Notes: a model not told the origin generated them from the sequence alone. 41,358 nt of DNA from Verrucomicrobiota bacterium (GCA_038208765.1 JBBQYK010000003.1:1-41358); one strand, 5' to 3'; numbered from the stretch's first letter, positions 27,459 through 36,505 are shown. Numbers and translations: made by a program.

Positions 27459-27495
27459 AAAAACAAAACGGGGCCGGGCTTGCGCCCGGCCCCGT
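27459..27495 (-). terminator. Rho-independent terminator of the PA14/Ig gene
   Basis: Perfect 12-bp stem ACGGGGCCGGGC-TTGC-GCCCGGCCCCGT (27468-27495), followed on the minus strand by a U-rich tract (AAAAACAAAA on +). It lies ~20 nt after the stop at 27515. Confidence 0.85.
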
Positions 27496-27514
27496 CGCGA
27501 TATGTCACTCCACC

Positions 27515-30500
27515 TTAGTTCTTCAAGCGGAAGAAGCGATTGGTGCCCGGATTGATGGGCACGGTCACGGTGTTCTCGCTACCGTCCACCACGATCGGAC
27601 CCTCGGGCGTCCACGTCACGGCGGGCAGCACGGGCGTGGACTCCAGCGTGTATCCGGTGAAGCTCGCCGGCCAGGAGAGCACGGCGTCCGCGCCGATGGT
27701 CCGGATGCTGAGGGTCGGTGAGCCGAGGGCGACGGCGACGGTCGCGACGGCGCTGGCCGTATCGGTGCCCGGGATGAAGATGAGCGCCCGGTACTCCGCT
27801 CCGTTGTCCGGCGCTCCGAGCGCGGCGGTGACGTAGTTGGAACTGTTCGCTCCGGCGATGTCCTGCCAGACACCGGAGATTTTCCGCTGCCATTGATAAA
27901 TAATGGGCGCGGCGCCATTGGCGTTCGTGCCCGTGGCGCGGACGGCGAAGGACGCGGTCTGTCCAAGTTGGATGTTCGTGCTCGCGGGTTGTTGCGAGAT
28001 GGTGATGGAGGCTCCGACAGGATCCGCAAGTGCGGCAAAGCTGAGTCCTCCCGTGGACAATGACCCATTGACCGGGACCGGACCGCCCGGAACCTGCCAG
28101 TTCAGCGCGAGGTTATCACCACCACCGCCCTCCTTCATGAGGGTCTCGAAATAGTACTGCTGGCCCGCGACCAGGCTGATGGGGCCGGAGATGTTGGCCT
28201 GCGACCCGCCGGATGGCGACGCGTTGGCCAGACGGCCGCCGCCGCCTGCTTCACCGGTCCAAGTCCGCCGCCCCGACCACACCGGTTCCCGGGCGATGTA
28301 CACGATGTTTGACGGATTGGAATTAGTGCTCAACCAGAGTTCGCCGTTGTCGTCCGAACTCATGTAGAAGACATAGTTGCCGCTCACTGGCGGGATCAAC
28401 ACGCCGCTCATCCGTGCCCCGTAGCCGTCGAACTCATCGAAGGTGTTGAGTTCGGGCGTAGCACCATAGCGAACAATGCTGGGGGAATTGGGATAATTGG
28501 GGGAACTCCTCAGTTCACTGATCGCCACGGTGCTCGCGCTCAAGCCGAGATAAAGTTCCTTGAGCACGAATCCACGGGTGTAGAGCCACGTTTGGAAGGT
28601 GAGGTCAACGGGAGCCAGGGTGTTGCCCCCCACATCGGTCAGGCTCTCCGCGTGGAGAACGTAGTAGGTGCCGGCGGTCTGCGGGTCGGTGCTGAGCACG
28701 ACGGATTGGTTGTCGCCACCGACGGTCACAGCGGTCACGGCGAGCGGGTTGCCATTGGTATCGGCGAGGCTGTAGTTGGCCAGCGTGCCGAGCGAAGCCG
28801 CGTTCATCAGTTCGCTGAAGCGGATGGACACCCCGTTGAGGCCGGCGGTGCCGCGCACACTGGTGATGGTGGGCGGGAAGGTGTCGGTGACCACGGTGAG
28901 CGTGGCCACGGCGCTGGTCGCGCTGGCCCCGGGCACGGAGACGATGGCGCGGAAACGGAGGCCGCTGTCGGCGGGGCTGACGGGACCGAGCGTCAGCGTG
29001 GTACTGGTCGCGCCGAGGATGTTCGTCCAGTCATTGCCGCCGGGGGTGGTCTCAGTTTGCCAATGCACGGCGATTTCATTCTGCGGAGCGTTGGTCGCCA
29101 CGGCCACGACCGTGAGCGAGCCGACATTGTTCTCGGGGATGCTGGTGTCCACCGGTTGCTGGGTGATGCCGATGGCCGCCCCAGCATAGGTGAAATCTCC
29201 GTAGCTGACGAAACTCGCCACGGTGGGCGCGACGGCGTTGTTGTGCGCCGTGGCGGCGAGACCGACCAGGATGCTGGCCGGGTAAGGCTGGGTCGTCTGC
29301 GAGACCAGCACCCAGTCCACTCCGTTGCTGCTGCGATAGCCGGAGAAGATGTTGTCGAACCGGCGCAGCCGCAGCCACGCGTTGGGAATCCCCGCCGGGG
29401 TGGCGAGGCTGCCCAGCGTGGTGGTCACGCTGGCGGTGTTGCTGCGAATGCCCATCTCGATCCCATTGCGGCCTCCGGGCGGATTCGCGAGCAGATGGAT
29501 GGTGCGGCTGTCGGCGGCGGCAGTTTCGCGCGCCATCAAACCAGCTTTGGCGATGGCGTCCGTCTGGGTGAGCCCGGCGAGGCGCACCTTCACATCAAAG
29601 TCTCCGGTGCGTGTGGCCAGCGCGAGTTGGCCCTGATCGGAGACGCCCCAGATGTCCGCCCCGCCGCCGGTCAACTCGATCAGGTTCGGGTCGCAGGCAA
29701 ATGTGCTCCCCGCCGTCGATGGACTGCCCACGTCGAAGGGGGTCAGATGCACGACGGTGCCGGTCGAAGGCGTGCCATCCATGAAGTTGCCCGCGAGATC
29801 GCCCACGAACGCGCCCAAGGTGAAAGTTTCGCCCACGGGCGAAGCCAGATGGAGCACGACGGACATGCCATCCGCCCGGAGTTTGGAGAAATTCGCGAAG
29901 GTGTTTCCCTCATCCACCAAGAAATTCGAGGCCTCGATGACTGTGCCCGGATCCAGCTTCTCGCTGAAACAGATGCTGACGTTCGTGTAGTCGATGCTCG
30001 CGACCGAGACGATGACGGGCACGGTCACATCGTTCGTGACCGTGACGGACGAGACGATGCTGGTGACCGAGTTCAAGAGGTTGCTGGCGATGACATAATA
30101 GCTTCCCGAGTCGGCGGCCTGAGCGAGCTGCTTGGTGTAAGTCCGCGCGGTTGCGCCGGGAATTTCCAGGTCGTCCTTGAACCACTGGTAGCTCGGGGCA
30201 GGCGCGCCGAGGGCCGTGACCGAAAGGGTCAAGGTGCGGTTCTGTTCCATGTTGATCGTGGCGGGCGGCTGCACGGTGATGCTCACCGGCGTCGGTTCAC
30301 CCACTTCCGCGAGCATGATGCCGGAGAAGCCGTAGCCGTAAGTGGTCAGATCGGGCGTCTGTGCATTTGGCAACGGGTTGTCCACGTACTGTTCGCACTT
30401 GACGGTGAAGACGCCATCCGCACCCGGCGCGATGTCGTCCCAACCGATGACTGCGCCGTCGGCCCGGTTCTCACCGCTGTTGTAGGCGGCCTGCCCATTG

Positions 30501-31108
30501 GTCATGGTGCCGGTCGGAAAATTTTCCACCGTGAACACGCCCGCACCCTGGTGGGCGTTGGTGAACGAATCGACATCGCGAAGAGAGGCCAGCGTCCATC
30601 GGCGCAAGTAGTTGCCTCCGCGCACCGCCGTGCCGCGAAAGATGTAGCGGTAGGCCGGATTCAGGTTCGAGAAGGTGAGCGTGATCGTGGAATTCGCGCT
30701 GGAGCGGACGCCGAGCGCGCTGTTGTTGTTGCCCAAGTCCACGATGCCGTTGAACAGGTTCGAGCCGGGCGTGCCGCCGCCGGGATATTGGATTGACCCG
30801 AAGAAATCCGGCGACCCGGTGGCCGTGGCGAAGATGTAAGCCGGGGTCGGCAGCCCGGTGGCGATGTCATTCAAGACGCCGGACGTCGGCTCGGGCGGGG
30901 TGCCGGCGATGCCGCGCATGTTGTAGCGGTTGGCGTTGGCGGCCGTGCCCCAGTTGTTGTTCACGCCGGGGCTGGGCAGCGGTCCGGGGACGTGGTCGTT
31001 GAAGACGGTCCAGTTGGTGACCGGAGCCGCCCCGGCCAGGGGGGCCAGCGCCAGGCAGGCCGCCAGCAGCAGTCCTCGTTTCACCAAGGATATTTTTTTC
31101 GCACTCAT
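27515..31108 (-). CDS. Secreted Ig / ConA-like (DUF1349-like) / PA14 multidomain protein with C-terminal RFFR domain
   Basis: 1197 aa with signal peptide. Ig domains (ITVQP…YQWFKD…DSGSYYV). Two Ig-like FSE…NY/NF domains. Lectin-like GGGADIWG…AKAGLMARE…WLRLRR…VGLA segment. PA14 motifs FYMSSDDNGELWLS and MKEGGGGDNL. Ends NRFFRLKN. Confidence 0.8.
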   Translation of the reverse strand: MSAKKISLVKRGLLLAACLALAPLAGAAPVTNWTVFNDHVPGPLPSPGVNNNWGTAANANRYNMRGIAGTPPEPTSGVLNDIATGLPTPAYIFATATGSPDFFGSIQYPGGGTPGSNLFNGIVDLGNNNSALGVRSSANSTITLTFSNLNPAYRYIFRGTAVRGGNYLRRWTLASLRDVDSFTNAHQGAGVFTVENFPTGTMTNGQAAYNSGENRADGAVIGWDDIAPGADGVFTVKCEQYVDNPLPNAQTPDLTTYGYGFSGIMLAEVGEPTPVSITVQPPATINMEQNRTLTLSVTALGAPAPSYQWFKDDLEIPGATARTYTKQLAQAADSGSYYVIASNLLNSVTSIVSSVTVTNDVTVPVIVSVASIDYTNVSICFSEKLDPGTVIEASNFLVDEGNTFANFSKLRADGMSVVLHLASPVGETFTLGAFVGDLAGNFMDGTPSTGTVVHLTPFDVGSPSTAGSTFACDPNLIELTGGGADIWGVSDQGQLALATRTGDFDVKVRLAGLTQTDAIAKAGLMARETAAADSRTIHLLANPPGGRNGIEMGIRSNTASVTTTLGSLATPAGIPNAWLRLRRFDNIFSGYRSSNGVDWVLVSQTTQPYPASILVGLAATAHNNAVAPTVASFVSYGDFTYAGAAIGITQQPVDTSIPENNVGSLTVVAVATNAPQNEIAVHWQTETTPGGNDWTNILGATSTTLTLGPVSPADSGLRFRAIVSVPGASATSAVATLTVVTDTFPPTITSVRGTAGLNGVSIRFSELMNAASLGTLANYSLADTNGNPLAVTAVTVGGDNQSVVLSTDPQTAGTYYVLHAESLTDVGGNTLAPVDLTFQTWLYTRGFVLKELYLGLSASTVAISELRSSPNYPNSPSIVRYGATPELNTFDEFDGYGARMSGVLIPPVSGNYVFYMSSDDNGELWLSTNSNPSNIVYIAREPVWSGRRTWTGEAGGGGRLANASPSGGSQANISGPISLVAGQQYYFETLMKEGGGGDNLALNWQVPGGPVPVNGSLSTGGLSFAALADPVGASITISQQPASTNIQLGQTASFAVRATGTNANGAAPIIYQWQRKISGVWQDIAGANSSNYVTAALGAPDNGAEYRALIFIPGTDTASAVATVAVALGSPTLSIRTIGADAVLSWPASFTGYTLESTPVLPAVTWTPEGPIVVDGSENTVTVPINPGTNRFFRLKN

Positions 31109-31109
31109 A

Positions 31110-31136
31110 GTTTGTTTGTTTGTTTGTTTGGGGGGG
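31110..31136 (-). repeat. Simple sequence repeat (AAAC)5 plus C7 tract immediately before the start codon
   Basis: The + strand reads (GTTT)5 at 31110-31129, then G7 at 31130-31136. The minus-strand mRNA reads CCCCCCC-(AAAC)5-T-ATG with no Shine-Dalgarno. Confidence 0.85.
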
Positions 31137-31624
31137 AAATCAACCGGCCTTGGTCAGCCGTTCACCACAAAGGTTCGCGACCAGCCTGGGCCGGTGCTCC
31201 TTTAGAGCGGAGCCACTGCAGCGTTCATGCAAAGTATTCATCCGATTCCGACTGAACCCGGAACAAGACGTTTGAATCAGAAAACGAGCGTACGGGATCG
31301 CCGTTGCTGGAACGTGGTCTTGGGTTCGGGCATTTATGAAGCCAGACCTGTGCTACAGGCAACATGTTTTCCTTGGCGGATTGAATCTTTTGCTAGGAGG
31401 ATTTTTACATGGCTGTGCCGGACGGGCGGTGATCGCGGTGAGATTGCCGCCCTTGGAGGAGCGCGGGGGTCGCCCGCCGGACGGGCCTACGACCGCAGCC
31501 CCAAGTCTCTGGTGCTTGGCTTCGGCGGTGGAGGGGATGCCCGCGCTCCGCAGCGAGTCCGTCGCGCTCCTCGGCTGGACAGCAAATCGTTGCCAGTCTC
31601 GTCCGGGCCGTCACACTGCGTGCC

Positions 31625-34564
31625 ATGCGCAACATCATCGCATGGTTGTTCTGCCCTGCGGTCATCGCCACCGCCGCGCCTTCTGCACAGGAGGCGCTCA
31701 AGCAAATGCGCGTGGCCCCTGGCTTCGAGGTGAAACTCGTCGCCAGCGAACCGGACATCCGTCAGCCGGTCACGATGAGCTTCGATGAGCGCGGGCGCAT
31801 CTGGGTCGTGCAGTATTTGCAGTACCCCAATCCCGCCGGGCTGAAGGCGGTGAGCGTGGACCAATATCTCCGCACGAAATACGATCGAGTGCCCGAGCCG
31901 CCGCCGCGCGGGCCGAAGGGCGCGGACAAGATTACCATTTGCGAAGACACCGATGGCGACGGCGCGATGGATAAGTTCAGGGACTTCGTCACCGGATTGA
32001 ATCTCGCTTCGGGCATGGCGCTCGGTCATGGCGGCGTGTTCGTGGCGCAGCCGCCGTATCTGCTCTTCTACGCGGACAAAAATCGCGATGACGTTCCTGA
32101 TGGTGATCCCGAAGTCCTGCTCACCGGCTTCGGCATGGAAGATTCACACGCCTTCGCGAACTCGCTCGTCTGGGGGCCGGACGGCTGGCTCTACGGCGCG
32201 CACGGCAGCACGGTCACGGCGAACATTCGTGGCCTCGAGTTTCAACAAGGCATCTGGCGCTACCATCCGGTCACGCGCGAGTTCGAGCTGTTCGCCGAGG
32301 GTGGCGGCAATACGTGGGGCGTGGACTTCAACGAGGACGGCGAGATCATCGCGGGCACGAACTTCGGCGAGAAGATTGGGCTGCATCAGGTGCAGGGCGC
32401 GTATTACGTGAAAGGTTTTGCCAAGCACGGCCCGCTGCACAATCCGCACAGCTACGGATACTTCGATCACATCCCGATGCGCGGCTTCAAAGGCGGTCAT
32501 GTGACGTGCGGCGGGATTGTTTACCAGGGCGGCGCGTTTCCCGATTCGTTCAACGGCGCTTACGTCGCGGCCAATCTGCTTTCGAGCGCCATCTACTGGC
32601 ACAAGTTGGAACGCGACGGATCGAGTTGGAAGGGCAGCTTCGGCGGCGCGCTGCTGGAGTCGGACGACAGCACGTTTCGTCCAATTGATTGCCTGACCGG
32701 TCCCGATGGCGCGCTCTATGTCGTGGATTGGTGCGACCCGCGTGCGAGCCATGTTGATCCCGTGGACAATTGGGATAAAGCGAGCGGGAGGATCTACAAA
32801 ATCCAGAAAGCAGAAAGCAGAAAGCAGAAAGCGCCAACCTTCGACCTCGCGAAATCTTCCAGCGATGAACTCGTGAACCACCTCACCAATCGCAACGACT
32901 GGTTCCGACGCACCGCGCGCGGGCAACTGGCCGAGCGCCGCGACACAAACATCGTTTCCCGCCTGCGCGGTCTAAGTTTGCAGCGCACGAATCAACCGCT
33001 CGCGCTGCAATCGCTCTGGGCGCTCCAGGTGAGCGGCGGATTCGCTGACGATGTCGCGTCCCAACTTCTATCGCATCCCCACGGACCGGTTCGCGCATGG
33101 ACAGTTCGCCTGCTGGGGGACTCGAAGAAACTTTCGCCCGCCCTGCTTTCACAAGTCGCAGCATTGGCCCGCGCCGAGAAGACCTCCGCCGTGCGCAACC
33201 AACTGGCGTGTTCGGCCAAACGCTGGCCATCGCGCAGTGCGTTGCCAGTGCTTCGTGAACTATTGCGGCGTGATGAGGACGTGAACGATCCGCAGATTCC
33301 GCTGCTGCTCTGGTGGGCCATCGAGCAAAACCTGATGTCTGATCTGAGCGATGGGATCGGTGTGCTGAGTTCGGCGGCGGACTGGCACTTGCCCATGATG
33401 AAGACTCATATCCTCGAGCGCATCGCGCGTCGCGCCGCTTCGGACGCAAGCCGGTCGGCATCTCAGCTCGGCGCGTGGCTGCTCAATGCCGCGCCCGCCC
33501 AAGAGCAGCGCGACGTGGTGTTGCGCGGTTTTGACAAAGCTTGGGAAGGCCAGGGCGTCGTGTCGAATGAGGAAGTGAGGCGTGCTCTCGCCAGAATCTG
33601 GTCACCTGATGACCTCCTGATGATGCGCGTGGGGTTGCGGGTTGGCCTGGAGAGGGCGCAGCAACGGGCGCTCGAATGGGTCGCGGATGATCGCGTGGGC
33701 GAAAGCGGGCGCGTCTCGCTTGCCGAAGCTCTCGGTCAAGCGCGCCTGGAGGCCGCCGTTCCTATTCTCCTCAACTGGCTGGGCGACAACCGCCGTTCTC
33801 TCCGCTACGCGGCCGTGACGGCGCTGCTGAATTTCGACGATCCAAAAATCGCCTCGACGCTCCTCAGTGCTTATCCCGGATTGAACTCGGAGACGAAGGC
33901 GCGCGCACGTTCAGGTCTGGCCGGTCGCGCGAGCTGGTCGATGGAACTGATCCGCGCAGTGGAGGAGAAGAAGTTTGATGAGAAAGAAATCTCGCCCGAT
34001 CTGCTGCGCCAAATGTTGCGGCACCAGGATGCGGCGTTGACCGCAGCGATTGAAAAGCGCTGGGGTAAACTTCAGGCGCAAACCTCGGCCGAGAAGGCCA
34101 GCACGGTGAATCAGCTCAAGTTGGTGTTGAACCCGAGCGGCACCACGCTGCGCTTCCCGGGCGACGCGGCGGCAGGCCAGAAACTCTTCACGCAACTTTG
34201 CGCGAATTGTCATCAGCTCTTTCGTGTGGGGCAGAGCATGGGCCCCGAACTCACCGGTGCGGATCGCAAAAACTCCGAATGGTTGCTGACGCAGATTGTG
34301 GATCCCAGTGCCTTCATTCGCCCCGAGTACGTGAATCACAACGTGGAAATGAAAGATGGACGCGCGCTGACCGGACTCATCGCCGAACAGAGTGACCTGG
34401 CGCTCACGCTGCTCGACGCCCAGAACCAGCGCACCGTTCTGCGACGCGCGGACGTGAAAGAACTGAATGCTTCGGCCATCTCGCTTATGCCGGAAGGTCT
34501 TTTGGAATCACTCACGCCGCAGCAGGTGCGCGACTTGTTCGCGTATCTACAGTCTGCGCCGTGA
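31625..34564 (+). CDS. PVC-type heme-binding CxxCH protein (putative membrane-bound dehydrogenase: beta-propeller, HEAT-like region, cytochrome c)
   Basis: 979 aa. PGFEVKLVASEP..QPV.MSFDERGRIWV start, WGPDGWLYG, FRP…GPDGALYVVDW, CANCH (34199-34213), GPELTG and SLMPEGL match the Planctomycete/Verrucomicrobia family. Confidence 0.9.
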   Translation: MRNIIAWLFCPAVIATAAPSAQEALKQMRVAPGFEVKLVASEPDIRQPVTMSFDERGRIWVVQYLQYPNPAGLKAVSVDQYLRTKYDRVPEPPPRGPKGADKITICEDTDGDGAMDKFRDFVTGLNLASGMALGHGGVFVAQPPYLLFYADKNRDDVPDGDPEVLLTGFGMEDSHAFANSLVWGPDGWLYGAHGSTVTANIRGLEFQQGIWRYHPVTREFELFAEGGGNTWGVDFNEDGEIIAGTNFGEKIGLHQVQGAYYVKGFAKHGPLHNPHSYGYFDHIPMRGFKGGHVTCGGIVYQGGAFPDSFNGAYVAANLLSSAIYWHKLERDGSSWKGSFGGALLESDDSTFRPIDCLTGPDGALYVVDWCDPRASHVDPVDNWDKASGRIYKIQKAESRKQKAPTFDLAKSSSDELVNHLTNRNDWFRRTARGQLAERRDTNIVSRLRGLSLQRTNQPLALQSLWALQVSGGFADDVASQLLSHPHGPVRAWTVRLLGDSKKLSPALLSQVAALARAEKTSAVRNQLACSAKRWPSRSALPVLRELLRRDEDVNDPQIPLLLWWAIEQNLMSDLSDGIGVLSSAADWHLPMMKTHILERIARRAASDASRSASQLGAWLLNAAPAQEQRDVVLRGFDKAWEGQGVVSNEEVRRALARIWSPDDLLMMRVGLRVGLERAQQRALEWVADDRVGESGRVSLAEALGQARLEAAVPILLNWLGDNRRSLRYAAVTALLNFDDPKIASTLLSAYPGLNSETKARARSGLAGRASWSMELIRAVEEKKFDEKEISPDLLRQMLRHQDAALTAAIEKRWGKLQAQTSAEKASTVNQLKLVLNPSGTTLRFPGDAAAGQKLFTQLCANCHQLFRVGQSMGPELTGADRKNSEWLLTQIVDPSAFIRPEYVNHNVEMKDGRALTGLIAEQSDLALTLLDAQNQRTVLRRADVKELNASAISLMPEGLLESLTPQQVRDLFAYLQSAP
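32804..32832 (+). repeat. Heptamer tandem repeat (CAGAAAG)4 inside the CDS
   Basis: CAGAAAG x4 perfect plus C, encoding QKAESRKQKA at the end of the propeller domain. Confidence 0.9.
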
Positions 34565-34749
34565 ACGGAACGTGCCGCCGGTTTGTCACCGGCGGATGAG
34601 GTGCGCGCATTTCCAGGATGCAGAGGCTTGCGAGAACTGATCTCATTTCGCGGCCCCTGCCAGTGGCAAACTGGCAGCACGTTGCGCCGGCCTTGCGCGA
34701 TGTCAGGAAAAGCTTAGGCTGGCGACCAATGACACGCATGTATTCAACG

Positions 34750-35316
34750 ATGACACGCCTGTTGCTCCCCGCGTTGCTCGCGGTGTTGGCGGGATGCCAG
34801 CCGCGCAACTCAACTTCTGTATCAACTCCTGTCGCGCCTATGAAATCCAACGAACCCACGGCCAGTGCCGCCGCGCCTGCTGCGTCAACCGCACCAGCCA
34901 AAGTCGAAAAGACGGAGGAACAGTGGCGCAAGGAACTGACGCCCGAGCAATACCGCGTGCTGCGGGAGGCCGGCACGGAGCGCGCGTTCGGCGCGGCGTA
35001 TGATGAATTCAAGAAGCAGGGCGCGGGCACCTACGTGTGCGGCGGCTGCGGCGCGGAGTTGTTCTCGTCGAAGGAGAAGTTTGATTCGCATTGCGGCTGG
35101 CCGTCCTTCTATGACCCGGCGAATGCGAAGAACGTCATCACGCGCGAGGATAATTCGCTCGGTGGCAAGCGCACGGAAGTTTTGTGCGCGCAGTGCAACG
35201 GGCATCTCGGGCATGTGTTCACGGGCGAAGGTTTTCCCACGCCGACGGACAAACGGTTTTGTATCAACGGCGTGTCGCTGAAGTTCGTGCCGGCGGGCGG
35301 GGCGAAGAAGCCCTGA
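34750..35316 (+). CDS. msrB: Peptide-methionine (R)-S-oxide reductase MsrB, predicted lipoprotein
   Basis: EEQWRKELTPEQYRVLREAGTERAF, two CxxC Zn motifs (CGGC, CAQC), KFDSHCGWPSF, HLGHVF and RFCING. The N-terminus MTRLLLPALLAVLAG/C is a lipobox. Start 34750 is preferred (alternatives 34729/34738). Confidence 0.93.
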   Translation: MTRLLLPALLAVLAGCQPRNSTSVSTPVAPMKSNEPTASAAAPAASTAPAKVEKTEEQWRKELTPEQYRVLREAGTERAFGAAYDEFKKQGAGTYVCGGCGAELFSSKEKFDSHCGWPSFYDPANAKNVITREDNSLGGKRTEVLCAQCNGHLGHVFTGEGFPTPTDKRFCINGVSLKFVPAGGAKKP

Positions 35317-35323
35317 TTGAGAG

Positions 35324-35442
35324 AGTGGGGCAGCCGTCCCGGCTGCCATAGTCCACTGGCCGTCCCGGCTGGTATTTTCCTGATGTTGGATTGGTGAACC
35401 GGCAGGCGAGACGCGCGGCAGCCGGGACGGCTGCCCCACTAC
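35324..35442. repeat. REP/REPIN-like 24-bp perfect inverted repeat downstream of msrB
   Basis: AGTGGGGCAGCCGTCCCGGCTGCC (35324-35347) is the exact reverse complement of GGCAGCCGGGACGGCTGCCCCACT (35417-35440). The right arm reads GTAG-TGGGG… on the minus strand (GTAG REP head). There is a partial inner copy GCCGTCCCGGCTG near 35359. Confidence 0.8.
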
Positions 35443-35460
35443 GATGCGAACCGCGTCACT

Positions 35461-35509
35461 TCACTTCGCCCCGAAAACTTTTTGCAACAGCTCGGTCGTG
35501 CGCGCGGCG
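35461..35509 (-). repeat. Left att-like direct repeat: displaced copy of the DUF4197 gene 3' end
   Basis: The minus strand encodes AARTTELLQKVFGAK*. It is 42/49 nt identical to 39825-39873 (AARTTELLQKVFGTK*). Confidence 0.9.
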
Positions 35510-35513
35510 CAGA

Positions 35514-36413
35514 TCACAACTTGAGTTTTGCAACGAGCGCGGAGCGTAGCTTGCTCAAGCGAGGCCGAATGCGCAGCGTCCGGGTGTTTGATACGAAAGC
35601 GAGTTTGCGATCCAGAGGACGGAGTTCTTTGGTCTCAACTTTTCTGAAGCCGAGCGCGGACATTTCCAATTCGGCTGCTTCTGGGAGAACAGCCGCGCAA
35701 TCCCAACTTGCTGCCACATGCGCCACGAGAGAAAACGACGCGCACTCTGCATCAATTTTGGGTTTGCAGCCCGTTGCCTTGACCAAAGCAGCAAGACCTC
35801 GTTTGAAAGCGCCATCCCCCTCTATCGTCACGAGCGGTTGTTGCTGCAAAATGCACGCCAGATTCTCGTTCGAGACCTTTGGCTTGCGGGTGAACAGCGC
35901 GTATCTCATCACACCGATTGGCGCGCGTGTCAGCGTCTCGAAACTGCTACCATCTCGAACGATGCCGAAATCAACACTGCCGTCGTGGAGCCGCCGCAGT
36001 ATTTCTTCGGTTTGAAGGTTCAAGAACGCAAAACCCGCCTCTGGAAACTCAGCCCTGAGACGATTGCAGCGCGGCAGCACCAACCAGCGCATAATGCTGT
36101 CTCCCGCTGCCACGGTGATTTTCTGAGGCTGGTGAACGCATTCGAGCCGGAAGTCGGACAACGCCGAAAGATGTTCCCGCGCCAAAGCCGCCAGTTCCCT
36201 CCCGGCGCGGGTGAGCACAATTCCGCGCCCGCTTCGCTGCACAAGAGCGGTGCCGAAGAACTCTTCGAGTTCCTTGATCTGCCGGCTGTAAAGGCTCTGC
36301 GCGTTGACATCGCCATTGGCGGCCTTGGTCACTCCACCGGCCTCGGCCACCAGGCAAAAGGTTTGCAACCGTTCGAGTGAGAGGCCGGATTGCTGAAAGA
36401 GTTCGCGAAACAT
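35514..36413 (-). CDS. LysR-family transcriptional regulator
   Basis: 299 aa. N-terminal HTH (LERLQTFCLVAEAGGVTKAA…QSLYSRQIKELEEFFGTALVQRSGRGIVLTRAG) and substrate-binding domain (LHDGSVDFGIV). Confidence 0.9.
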   Translation of the reverse strand: MFRELFQQSGLSLERLQTFCLVAEAGGVTKAANGDVNAQSLYSRQIKELEEFFGTALVQRSGRGIVLTRAGRELAALAREHLSALSDFRLECVHQPQKITVAAGDSIMRWLVLPRCNRLRAEFPEAGFAFLNLQTEEILRRLHDGSVDFGIVRDGSSFETLTRAPIGVMRYALFTRKPKVSNENLACILQQQPLVTIEGDGAFKRGLAALVKATGCKPKIDAECASFSLVAHVAASWDCAAVLPEAAELEMSALGFRKVETKELRPLDRKLAFVSNTRTLRIRPRLSKLRSALVAKLKL

Positions 36414-36505
36414 TACTGGAGAGTCATGCGGCTGATGGTTTTCGATGTAGAACAGTTCACGCGGCTCCGCAATACTCCGGCCAACAAAAGAAAGCGAACA
36501 CGGAA

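Noticed and set aside
31137-31624. Possible riboswitch or small ORFs in the divergent intergenic region
   Set aside because: I could not match a known riboswitch consensus (e.g. c-di-GMP-I) by eye, and the ORFs there lack motifs. An Rfam/Infernal scan would be needed.
36377-36505. Track starts for the ATPase (36377) and likewise 38094, 39056, 34618 and 40736
   Set aside because: They overlap neighbouring genes or repeats. Downstream ATGs give family-typical N-termini or coupled overlaps.
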